A DNA stretch of 62,662 bases, counting the filler, from Rhabdomonas costata (taxonomy: Eukaryota), in assembly GCA_019059605.1 (NCBI GenBank). It is 40 parts of 40 records of this genome, joined end to end, with 100 filler letters (N's around TTAATTAATTAA, not from the genome) between each part and the next. Parts side by side here need not be neighbours in the genome. Positions count along the whole stretch, not along the records: positions 25,095 to 26,564 come from JAHMHO010015108.1; positions 26,665 to 28,135 come from JAHMHO010015109.1; positions 28,236 to 29,709 come from JAHMHO010015110.1; positions 29,810 to 31,279 come from JAHMHO010015111.1; positions 31,380 to 32,849 come from JAHMHO010015112.1; positions 32,950 to 34,419 come from JAHMHO010015113.1; positions 34,520 to 35,989 come from JAHMHO010015114.1; positions 36,090 to 37,556 come from JAHMHO010015115.1; 32 more parts are not named here. One strand, given 5' to 3'. The notes beneath the pieces are model-generated. The model saw nothing but the letters and a program-made list of their open reading frames with translations, searched no databases and was not told the origin of the DNA. Both the position numbers and the translations under genes were made by a program. Below are positions 25,469 to 36,758 of this stretch, in pieces (positions within the stretch are counted from its first letter, which is position 1; each line of letters starts with the position of its first letter).

Positions 25469-25889
25469 AGCTCTTTTCACGCCTCACGCACACAACAGGA
25501 ACTGAGAAATGAGGTGGAAGACGAGGTGAGAAAAGGACGAGAACACTCTATTGAGGTGGGCAATCAGAGGGGTCCAGGAGGAGAAGGTACAAAGAGAAGG
25601 TGGAAAAAAGCAGACTGGAGATATGCCAAAGAAGTGTGCTGCACAAACAGAAACGCTGGGCGGAAGGGGGGTTGGGCTTCGTGTCGATTTCTGAGCTTCT
25701 GCGGGTGGTTCTACGCATGCACATTCGCATGCAAGAGACCCCGTCGTTCACCCAGATCTCCAATCAAGCTGAATTCTGAATGGTTTTGGTCATGTTGAGC
25801 ACACGGGCAGTCCCACATGCAGAGGAAAATTGTATTTTTCTTTAAACCTTTAGCATGAAGGGTTCCCAGGAGATGGCGATACAAAAGGG

Positions 25890-26020
25890 AGTTTGATTAG
25901 TTTGGGTGCGAAGGTCAGCACCGCGGGGGCCAGTCCGCGGCGCGGCCGTTCGGGACGCTCCATGGGGTCGATGCTCCGTTTAGCACTGCTAAACGTTCAG
26001 GGGTGCTAAACGTTTAACGC
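25890..26020 (-). repeat. Interspersed repeat family copy 2
   Basis: Minus strand reads GCAGTGCTAAACGGA...CCCCATGGAGCGTCCC...GCCGCGGACTGGCC...CGCACCCAAACTAATC. Confidence 0.8.
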
Positions 26021-26956
26021 CCCCCCCCCCCCAATTCAAGAGGCACCAACTTCACCATCACCAAGTAAGCCACCCAAATCCTGCTTGCAGAGAAGTTGTT
26101 GATGGTAGATCAGACTTTTGGCATTCTTTTCAGTACGGCGTGAAGCCGGTGGTAACTCCTGTCTCCCACCCTAACACGGGCGTTGATGTAGCCCATGGCA
26201 ACAACGGCTCCACAGGACACGCTGTTGGGTCCAGGTCCTGGAAGTCTCACTGTAGCCCAAAAACCAAAGAGGAGGTAAGCGCACATCACTCGTCGAATCG
26301 CATACACTACTACATAATTACAGGAGGAGGGGGGGTCCACAATTTTCCAAAAGGTTGGAGAACAGTTCGCAGTGCTATCCACCTTCACATGAAGTCCAAC
26401 GCTTGCAGGATCGAAAACTCCTCAGTCCTCAGATGTGGGAGGGTCCCAAGAAAGCCACTTGATCCCGAGGTGTGAAAGAAACCTGTGAAGAGGAAGGGCA
26501 GGTGGAGGAGTTGTGGTCACCCCAAAGCCCTACACAACCACCTGATTATCCGTGCACAAACACANNNNNNNNNNNNNNNNNNNNNNNNNNNNNNNNNNNN
26601 NNNNNNNNTTAATTAATTAANNNNNNNNNNNNNNNNNNNNNNNNNNNNNNNNNNNNNNNNNNNNTTTGGGGTTTTGACATACATTAGCAATCTGGCACTG
26701 CTATATATGGCGTCCGAGGCTCTAATTGCGATGAAGTCTCATTACATTTTGCTAGCTGCAGAGAATTCAGCAGCAGTGAAACTCAATTGCCGAATGTATC
26801 TCCTCTGGTTAAAGAAGGGTTATTTTCAAGATCCGCCTCAATCCTCTGCTCCAGTAGCATAGATGAATCCTCATAGTCTGTTACCGCAACGTACAATCGT
26901 TTTTGGGTTGGAGATAGATTTGCATGAGATTTTTGGGTCCGCGATTTGGATTTCAG

Positions 26957-27480
26957 TCAGAACTGGACGCTGTGGACAAATACATATTCACTGCACTCCA
27001 CTGGGCCGCGTACTACGGCCATGCAGCAGTGGCAACCAAGCTGCTGAATGCAAAGGCCTTGGTGGACGCATCGAACGCCGTCGGTGACACGCCTCGGCAG
27101 CCGCTGTTGCGAGGCATGAGAGGTGTTGGTCAGGGCTGTAAATTTCAAGCATAACGTCAGGCTGTGACGGAATACAAAATGGACTGCACTCCACTTCGCC
27201 GCTGTCTGCGGCTCTGCCACCATGGAAACCAAGCTGCTAAATGCAAAGGCCTTGGCGTATGCAGCAAACACCGACGGTGACACGCCTCTGTACGTCAGCG
27301 TGAACAACAGCCATGTCGCGGTTGCGTAGCTGCAGTTGTTCGCCAACGCCAGCCCCACCGTGGTACACAAGTACAGCAGCACACCCGCGGACAACGTGCA
27401 GCAGGAATGGCACCCCGAGATTGCAAAGCGGCTGCGGGAATGGCAGCATGGTGCGGATTCCATGGAAATGCCGCCCTCTT
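26957..27480 (+). pseudogene. Ankyrin-repeat pseudogene
   Basis: TALHWAAYYGHAAVATKLLNAKALVDASNAVGDTP and WTALHFAAVCGS..ETKLLNAKA...DGDTPLYVS repeats, interrupted by frameshifts and an in-frame TAG (about 27327). Confidence 0.85.
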
Positions 27481-28324
27481 AGAGGAAGCTATGCCGATGA
27501 TACGAGCCGAGGCGTCCAATCAAGCTGCCGTGTGGCGCTTTCGGCGGCGAACGGCTATCGTTTTTTTGTGTAAGTACCTGGAACGTTTTTGTGTTTTGGG
27601 TGTAGATGTACACTGTAACAAGACACAAAGTCATTATCAAATAATACATCGTCAACCTAACCATGACCGCCAATCATCACGGACCACGAATCTCACCTCA
27701 AACGATAACTACACGCACCCAGATATATACGTACAAGTCACACAAAAAAATGCAGCGAGAAGATTTCATTTACGCACAGAAAAACACACAGCACTCTAAG
27801 GGATACACGACCATCCCAACCGATACATTCACCAACAGATACTCATAAATCCCTACTCTAACCAACCCAATTGCAAACCGATAACCTAACCAAAACACTC
27901 ACCACAAAACCATCACCAGAGCCATGTCCGCGTTGCCAGTTGAGGCCAGAAGCTCGCAGAACCATCAGCCATGAATCAGAGATTAAAAGAAACAATGTAC
28001 GGTGTGAGCTAAGTAGCAGCACGTCAAGTCATGTGGGCCGATATCAATACTCATGAGTTCCACTTTTGCACTCTCAGCCTTGCTGTGCTGGGGACTTACA
28101 CAGGTCACTGGAATTTTGCAGACCTACAAAAAACANNNNNNNNNNNNNNNNNNNNNNNNNNNNNNNNNNNNNNNNNNNNTTAATTAATTAANNNNNNNNN
28201 NNNNNNNNNNNNNNNNNNNNNNNNNNNNNNNNNNNTGTGGGGGTGTGCACAGCGGTCCGACGACACATGTCGGCATACTCGCACCTGAGAGCGGAAGGCG
28301 GGAGGGCGAGGGCAGAAAAACACC

Positions 28325-28351
28325 GTGTGTGTGTGTGTGTGTGTGTGTGTT
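28325..28351. repeat. (GT)n microsatellite
   Basis: About 13 GT units. Confidence 0.95.
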
Positions 28352-30550
28352 TGTATGGACATCTTGGAGAACGCGCCGCTTGGCATCAAGTCCCAGGTCC
28401 TGGAGACCTTCAGGAAAATTCTTCTCGGTGACTGATAGACCTGAAGAAGTGGAGCCATGAGGACAGTCCAAAGAAATCACCGACCATTAGCGCGCAAGAG
28501 GCAAAAGAGGAAGAACAGGACTACGGTCAAAGACGCACGCACACTGTTTTCCACATAAAACCGTTACTAAGGGCAGCGCTCAACGTAGGCCGGTGACAAA
28601 TAAATCAAATATGGACACTGCTGGTAAATGTGAAACAAGAAATTGAAAACCCAAAGACTAAACGATGCTGGCACACAGGCACAGCCGCGGCGGAGGGCGG
28701 GCGCACATAGTGTAGCAATGAGGTGTGCCCAAGCGAAAAGTGTCACGTTTCGGGCGGAAACATAATTACCCCACCCCTTCCATTTCCAACCCGAAGGGAC
28801 CACCAGACAACCCAATAAAACGGTAACAAAATAAATTGCTTTTGTGATAGGGCCAAGTCAAAGCCGGTCTTTTAAACATAGGTCTCCTTTTTTGAATAAA
28901 ACCCAATGAAAGACGACGGGTGTCGTTAATAGCTTCTGTGGCGAGAATATTTTTGCTCTTCTCCCAACTGCTTATTACTTGCTTCTTTGCGTTTTCGTTG
29001 CGTTTCTTCCTTCGTCTCCTTCTTCTTGGTCATCAACCAAAGGCGAAACGCTCAGACAAGGCAACCGAGGTCCCACACTTGTCCCAACCTGCGGTCTTTA
29101 TTCTACTCTGCCGAACTTCTTTCCAGCGTATCCCCTGGACCCAGGCAATGCAGGTTCGCGTATGAGGCGCCCACACTTAAGAATGGCCCCAGCAAGGTAA
29201 ACTCATAACTGAGCAATCTTGTGTCTTTTCGAACGTTTTTTCTTGTGTTTTTCGAATAAAAACATCCTTGTCAGTGCAAAAAAAATCTGGCACATACTGT
29301 GTAGCATCATACAAACTGACTGAAAATTTAGAAAACAAATACTGGTGTCTCCAACGCGAAAATGTAATTTAAGAAGGCTCAGTGAAATGACGGTTTGCAT
29401 CACTGGAACTTGCAATCACCACGCTGAAAACGGTCGAAACTATAAAAAATCTCGCCACTTCAAGATAAAATGCGTCACAATTTATCAATTTTTATGTGCA
29501 ACGAAATTGAAGGTCTGAAGGAATGAAGGTCATTGTATAATTGCCCAGTTGAATGGCGCAGTGCATCACTGGAATTCACAACGTTAGGAAGTATACAAGG
29601 TCTGAAGTCTGCAGGTTGAAATGTCTCACATACGTTCCCCTGAGTTTCGGGAGCAACTATCCTTTGTGCACAAAGGATAGTGTATAATGGGACACGTTGC
29701 AAAAAAAAANNNNNNNNNNNNNNNNNNNNNNNNNNNNNNNNNNNNNNNNNNNNTTAATTAATTAANNNNNNNNNNNNNNNNNNNNNNNNNNNNNNNNNNN
29801 NNNNNNNNNTGTTTTTTTGTTTTATCGCTTCTTCCCTGACTTGACGTACAGGGACTATAATGTTAGCAAACTATACCTCACGACTCGATGTGAAGTCCAT
29901 ATGCATTGCGTTTACCGCAATACCACAGCTGCTCGGGGCCCAGTGTTGGGTCACTCCGTGTTACTTCCGGTCGGAAGAGCATTTCTTTCTCCTCCGATGC
30001 AAGCAATTAAAGCCACGCCGTGGGTGGAGTGTTTTCAGTTTATTATGCCAACCTGCTCACCTCAGCGCACCAGAAGGGTGTAGATTGATTCTTGCTGCAA
30101 AGGAGAGATTTTTTGTACACACGGTAACTTGGAAGTTTCAGTCGTGGTAGTTTCAGTCGTGGTAGGGTTGTTTGGACACTTTTAAGAAGCGCCCCAAAGC
30201 CCCCAGATGAGCCACCAAAGGGCAATCAGATTCACGGTGAATGGACGAGCGCCGCATCGTCTCTGCAGGCTACAAATACACAGACATTCACATTCCTCTG
30301 TTCGTTGAATATTAGCCCGTGCAGTCCACCTTTATGTTTTGAAAATCAACCGTTTGCGTCTTCAATTCGTGAGCGCCTCTGAGGTTTGTCCAAGAATTCA
30401 TTGAAACGGATGAATTTGCGCACCTGTCCCTGTCCCTTTCTGACCGTCTGTCTTTTAGGTTCCCTTTGCTGATTTCTGTCTCCGATTTTATTTTTACCCC
30501 CTTTTCCATGTCCACTTCTTTCGGAACTCCCTGCTTCCGAGTAAACTGAG

Positions 30551-31279
30551 ATGTTTCGTAGAAAGAGGAGCCGCAGCCGGAGCCCCGGGAGACAAGAGCA
30601 CCGGAACACCTTTTCTCGAAACAATGCCCCTCCTTCCTATGCTCGTGAAAACCCCTCGCGTGTACCTCGACGTCCCTCTTCCCCTTCACTGGCACCTCCA
30701 AGCCGCGAAGAGTCTCGGACGTCCCAGAAACGTGACTTTTCCCCACGGCGCTCCCGTGAAGATCCTCACCAACAACATAGACGTTCACCGCGACACCACG
30801 ACGGCGATGAGAAGAACGGTTTACTTTCCCGCCAGAATGAACCTCATAACAGTGATGATACCAAGAGGCATCTCTGGGCTTCACTCACCGCCCAACTGGC
30901 CAAGCAAGGTCTTCTACCACTTTCACATATTCCACACTCTGCGTTACCGGGGGCCAGCAGTCCGTTGCTGCCTTTTATGACAAGTTCTAATGATTGTAGT
31001 CGCCCCCAGCACAGCAGTGTTGGCCAGCCTCTTCTTCCCTCACCACATTCCGTTGAAACACGAGCCTCTCCTTCCTCTCGCTCTCGGGCACCCCAGTTTC
31101 CGTTCACCGGCCCGCAGAGTTTTGTTCCCTGCCCCGATTGTTTTGGGGAAGCATCCATTCCTCAACCACCTGCGGCAGTGCTCCTTTCGATGCCCGTGTC
31201 CGTGCCAACTCCACAGCAATCCTCTTCCATATTTCTTACTCAAGGATCCAAAACCTCCCATCCAGATTCCAAACCAACC
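30551..31279 (+). CDS. Arg/Ser/Pro-rich low-complexity protein, 5' part
   Basis: Frame open for 243 codons to the contig end, beginning MFRRKRSRSRSPGR. Long pyrimidine tract plus AG directly before the ATG. Confidence 0.5.
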
Positions 31280-31379
31280 NNNNNNNNNNNNNNNNNNNNN
31301 NNNNNNNNNNNNNNNNNNNNNNNTTAATTAATTAANNNNNNNNNNNNNNNNNNNNNNNNNNNNNNNNNNNNNNNNNNNN

Positions 31380-32104
31380 CTTCTCTACCTGTTCTACTTC
31401 TGGAGTCATGATAGCGCTGGATCCCGGGCTGTGGACATACTCGGTCTGGATGACCATACTGTTGCTCTATGGAGCCAGCGTTTGAGGATCTGTGTTGCCA
31501 ACGCTGAAGCAGCTGCGGAGCGTCCTCTTGGTGGGAAGGGTTATGAGCTTAAATGCGATGAGTGTGAGGTTGGCCGTGCTCAAAATGGCATGTATGGACA
31601 CAAAACTTTCGTGAAAGGTGACATTTGGGGGTGAGATGCAGATCTTCTGGGAAGGTCATCCTTGAGCTTTTCGACAAGTGGCAAAAGGGCGACGAGATAG
31701 AGCGCAGGTTTGGTCCTCCTAGTGTGGAAGATGTTGAAGCTCTCTGCCTCGCAAAATCAAGAAGGGCTCTATTCTATTCACTGATGGAGCTCGCTGTTAC
31801 GCTGTTGTGGCCAAAAAGGCGGGCTTTTCCACGATTACGTCGATCATGGAAACGGTGTCTACGCCAAGTCTGCTACTGTGGACGGTAAGGTCCGCAAGGT
31901 CCACACCAATGGGATCGACTGTTGCTGGGGCCGCCTCAAGACCTGGATCAACTCTCGCGGAGGGATCAAAGATCACCTATTGCGGGAGATACAATCTCCC
32001 GGTTGACGCTGACCCCTTTTTGTGCCTGTTGGACGCTGTTCGGAATGGTCATTTTCCTTTTTTGAATCTTCTTCCTGTGGTGGGTCCAATAATCCAGTTA
32101 TGCC
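31380..32104 (+). mobile_element. Merlin (IS1016/ISXO2-like) DDE transposase, decayed 3' part
   Basis: Reconstructed across frameshifts: LFYFWS...WSQRLRICV...LGGKGYELKCDECEVG...IKKGSILFTDGARCY...HDYVDHG...KVHTNGIDCCWGRLK...DPFLCLLDAV. Confidence 0.88.
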
Positions 32105-32579
32105 AAATATTTATACACACTGCCTGCTCGAGGTAAAACCCAGCTCACTGCGTGCCGTAAAAATAGACGTACAACTCTAAAGGCTATGGAGATGTGAAAT
32201 CTTTAGGATGGGGGGGGGGGAGTCGAGCGTTTTTGGACATATCGAACGAGGCAGACAGCAGTAGCCGCGCAGTCGAATCAGGAGCTCGGGCGACGTTGTA
32301 AAACGACGTTGTAAAACCCATCTCCCCCGAAGCATATCAACGATAGGGGGTGACTGACAAATTATACTTCCGGTGAAGTTTGGCACGTTCCTATTTCATT
32401 TCTCTTTCAATTATCAAAAAAACAAAAAACAGGGGGGTATCCACTGTCTTATCCTACAATCGTACAATCGTACAATGCAGCGCAGCGTGTGCTAGCGAGA
32501 GGAGCGACGAAGGCGGTCCAAAAACAAAAGGAAACACTTATACCCCTGCTTCATCCGATCCCTCGACGAGAACAGGTAC

Positions 32580-32782
32580 TTATACACCGCGGAGGTTGCG
32601 GGGTAGTCCTCCTGCGGGGCAAGCGCGGTGAACTTCTCCCACATCCGGTCCTGCAGGGCGACATTGCCGGCCAGCTGGGCCGATGTGACCCCTGAAAAGG
32701 CCTTGCTGAGCTCCGGGGAGCATCGGAGGCCCCATGTGCGGAGAAGGTAGTCCGCCACAGGCATATGGGTGCAGATAGGCTC
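32580..32782 (-). CDS. Hypothetical protein internal exon
   Basis: AG/GT-bounded, GC3-rich EPICTHMPVADYLLRTWG...DRMWEKFTALAPQEDYP. Confidence 0.45.
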
Positions 32783-33397
32783 CTAGGCTCCAAACCAAAG
32801 AACCAAAGATCCACAGACACGTACACCACAGCCTTCAAAAGATAAAGGCNNNNNNNNNNNNNNNNNNNNNNNNNNNNNNNNNNNNNNNNNNNNTTAATTA
32901 ATTAANNNNNNNNNNNNNNNNNNNNNNNNNNNNNNNNNNNNNNNNNNNNGGTGTTGTGGAGTGTATGTCTCCTGTCTCCTCTTTGCATTTCGCCTGAGGG
33001 TTCTGCTGAACCGTGTTCGGGGTGTTTGCCTGGGTCCAAGTGATCTTTTTCCGTAGGGGTGCGAGCCGTGTCGCCCGCTCCAGTTGTTCTGGGCTCCACT
33101 GCAACTCCGGGTGGTGCGGCCCCCTCTCTCCCTCCGCCATGCTGATTTTTGCTTGTTATGGTGAGGTAACAATCGCGAGCTCGCTCCATTTCTTCCACTG
33201 CATCCCCTGTGAACCCGCTGAATCCGTTATCCACCTCCTTTGGTCTTTTCTTGTCGTTGCATTTTTCTTGGCTGGGAATATATCCGGTTTTGTGGTTGAC
33301 CCTCCAAGCTATCCTTCGAGGCTGCTGTTGGAACAAAATGTATGAAGGAGCAAATGAAGGAGCAAATGCGTACGGTACAAAGGCCGTGCTGCGACAG

Positions 33398-34419
33398 GAA
33401 AACTTCAGTGCTCGCGCACGCATAGTTCCTCGGCCCACTCTCGGGGTGGAGGTGCAGATGCGTGACGATCCGGAATCCGGCACCAAGGTATCGGTGTCTC
33501 TCTCGCTCTCCGGCTACCCCCTGAAACCCCTTTTGAGATCCCACCCTCCCAATGTTTCACAATTTGAGGCACTCTGTTTCGAAAACCCAAAACGTTACAC
33601 CTCAAATGCCCCAGGGGTCCTTGGTTCTTTGCATCTTATCCTTTCTGGGGTTAGATGGGCGCACGTACCATGGCTCGTGTAATCAACTTGGCAGTTTTTC
33701 GAGCCTTTTCTGCAGCTTGGGGGAGCGCAGAAAACCCCAGAACCGCGTTAACGAGAGAATACAAGAAACCACGCTGGTGGCAGAAAGAACTCGACAGACA
33801 ACAGCAATACCTCGTCCACATGGTGTGTTTGCGGTTGTGTGTGCCTGCGTGTGTTGGGCTATCTTCCCGTCACAGGTTGCGATTGTGCACACCCTGACCC
33901 CTGGGGGGCCCTGCGAGCAGGCCGGCGTTGTGGTTGGGGACGTGATTGATTCCATTGACGGCACCCCGATCACTTCCCTGGAGAACCTCCGCCGCCAAGT
34001 CAACATCGCCACTCCCGGCAGTGTGGTGGCGATTGTGGTGGAACACCAACCCGATGGAAAGGTCTTGTCCCCTTCCTCTCTCTCTGCCTCATGATGTAAT
34101 ATTTACAAACCACCCTCCCTTGGGTCACATATATATTCCCCCACTGACCGCAGGCAGGTTGTTTGCTCATGCCTTTATGTTTCTAACTTGCTCCTGCATT
34201 CGCGGATTATTTCGAGCTTCTGTGACTTTTCGGTGGCCGCTTCCTGATGCATCGACGCTGCTACCGGAAAAACCAATTTCCATCCACTCCATTGATGCTG
34301 TGCATTTTTTCCAGCATGACATGGTGGAACTTTTCTTGTGTTGCGGCTTCTCATTCCTTCAGAGGGAGATCAAGTACGCTACGGTGGGCCTGACCTCGGC
34401 CACCCCTCCCCCGCCACCC
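33398..34419 (+). CDS. PDZ-domain protein, exons 33398-33487, 33876-34061, 34363-
   Basis: RPTLGVEV.../VAIVHTLTPGGPCEQAGVVVGDVIDSIDGTPITSLENLRRQV...PGSVVAIVV is an HtrA-type PDZ. Phase-0 GT-AG introns. Confidence 0.85.
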
Positions 34420-34985
34420 NNNNNNNNNNNNNNNNNNNNNNNNNNNNNNNNNNNNNNNNNNNNTTAATTAATTAANNNNNNNNNNNNNNNNNNNNNNNNN
34501 NNNNNNNNNNNNNNNNNNNGTGGGTTGGTTTTCCATCTTGCACGTCTCTCTTTGTGATTCCAATTGGTTCTGAACTCCGAAGAGGGTAAGCATCAAGGGT
34601 TAGGTACAGCAGAGTTTTTCCAACGAACGATTGCCGAAATCGAAATGAATGAAGGCCAAACAACAGTCATGCTGAACGCATGATCGCCCACGAATTTCCG
34701 GGAAGAGATTTCTCGCATAGCTGTTTGTCTTTTTGGCCTACCTAGAGATACTCCTCTTGGCAAAAGCCTGCAGCGCCAGTTGTTTTAGTCCTACCCCGGT
34801 AGACGGTCAGATTGTTTCCGATGGATTTTTTTTAAACACGCCGCAATCAATGTCAGTTGCAAGGAGCGCGGTTGCTTTTTCTCTCCATGTTCTTTCACCA
34901 GGCACCGATCACGAGCCGTTCTCGTTGCGTATTTTTTTAGTGTTGCTGCTTGTTTGTGATCCTTTTTCTCTCTCCTAAAAGTATA

Positions 34986-35905
34986 ATGACGCTTCGTGTC
35001 CTCCGCAGCGCAACCGTGGCGTCCAGGCCGTTTTGCATCTTCGGCGCGAACGTGGCGACCCTGGAGGATGCCTTGGAGCACGTCAATTGCCCGCCTTGGT
35101 TCACCAATCCCAGGGGATTTCTCGGGAGGCTGGGCCAGCGCAAGCTGAATTACTGGGACATTCACGTGGTGCCCCACCACCGAAAAAACAATTTGTTTTT
35201 TGTCCGAATTCGCACAGCCGCTATCACCGCAGGCCTAATTTCATAAGGTGGACGCACTGCCGAAGTTGACACAGACCCCCGAAATGCGTTTACCGGCTGA
35301 ACAGCACGATTTAACAACGCTCCGAAGCCCCACTACCTGATGCAATCTTGTCAGCATGGGCAGTTATCCAGCCGTCCGACTCGGATTTTATTGCCATCCG
35401 GCGTTCTTTTTTTGTTCTTCATGTATGTGGAAAATGATTGTGCGCAATGGGAGTGGCGCTCATCTGGGCGCGATTAGCACTATCCACTATTTCGGTGTTT
35501 TGTCTGTCGAAAAGTCTTTGTTAGGACTGTTTGGAAATAGAATGAAAAAATGAGCTAGTGTGACGTTTTGCATCCCGCACCCGGACCAAGCACTCACTGT
35601 TACTACAGTGATAACACCCCAACTCCATGGTACAGCGATTAGGTCCAATGGATCCGTGCTACCCCAATCGAGTTGTTCCGCTCTTCTTCTCTTTTTTATT
35701 GGGGGGGGGGCAATATGTATCGGCAAACCCCTAAAAATAGACGGTTCAGTGGTGCTTGGCCGCGCTGGGTCACGAGGGAATTCCCGAGGACCAGCGCTCG
35801 CACTGCCAGCTGCGGCTTCTCCAGCTGGACCAGGCTGCGATGCAGTGCCGGTTCGACCGCGAGGCCATCCTGGCCGTGGCTGAGTCTGTGGAGCAAATTT
35901 ACATG
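34986..35905 (+). CDS. Hypothetical protein, first two exons (34986-35168, 35750-35905), possible mitochondrial presequence
   Basis: MTLRVLRSATVASRPFC N-terminus, phase-0 GT-AG intron, GC3 bias. Confidence 0.55.
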
Positions 35906-36098
35906 GTTTCTTTGACGAACACTGCACAGAGTTGTTGCTCTGTATCAACGATGTCTTCCTCTCCCTGCTGCTCAAACTCACCCACCCCCNNNNNNNNNNN
36001 NNNNNNNNNNNNNNNNNNNNNNNNNNNNNNNNNTTAATTAATTAANNNNNNNNNNNNNNNNNNNNNNNNNNNNNNNNNNNNNNNNNNNNGGGGGTTGT

Positions 36099-36758
36099 GT
36101 GGAGTTCTCCTTTGAAGCTGAGGTTCAGGCCGTGGCCCCGCAGTGCGAAATCCACACCTTTGACCCAGGAGACTTCACTGAATCGGTGTGCATGCTCGAG
36201 CGCGCCGCCCAACGCCTGTGCTTATCCCCCCTTCGACGCCCATCTTATCTCCCTTCCGGAAGGCTTGTTCCTGTTTTGCCCCTTTCGAAGGTCACTAAGG
36301 GCCTCAATCTGACCTACCATCGCTGGGGACTGAGCCACACGGATGAGCCACCGATGTACTCGATGTCCACCATTCTGCGAGACCTTCGCCACGACCACGT
36401 GGATATCTTGAAGATTGACATCGAGGGGGCGGAGTACGCTATCCTGCCAGAGCTGTTCTCTGTCAATGTCACTTCAAGAGGCGGAGGCATCGGACCCGTC
36501 TCTCTGTTGCTTCTGGAGCTTCACGGGCACTACTTTTTGAATGGCCAGGTGAGGTACCGCGAGGCGGGGCAGCTGCGGCAGTACATTTTGGGGCTAAGGC
36601 GGGTGATGCTGGACGCGGGCTTTCTGCTGTACCACATCGAGCTGAACCTGCAGTGCATGAGCTGCATTGAGCTGGCCTGGGTGAACGTCAGCGCCCTGCC
36701 AGACTCCTACAAGCCCTGCCGTCACCTTCCGCAGCGCTTGAACCCTAATTTATATTGA
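36099..36758 (+). CDS. FkbM/METTL24-like SAM-dependent methyltransferase, 3' part (probable intron 36186-36290)
   Basis: FSFEAEV...CEIHTFDP, HVDILKIDIEGAEY, LLLELH, GFLLYHIELNLQC..CIELAWV. Confidence 0.88.
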   Translation: MEFSFEAEVQAVAPQCEIHTFDPGDFTESVCMLERAAQRLCLSPLRRPSYLPSGRLVPVLPLSKVTKGLNLTYHRWGLSHTDEPPMYSMSTILRDLRHDHVDILKIDIEGAEYAILPELFSVNVTSRGGGIGPVSLLLLELHGHYFLNGQVRYREAGQLRQYILGLRRVMLDAGFLLYHIELNLQCMSCIELAWVNVSALPDSYKPCRHLPQRLNPNLY

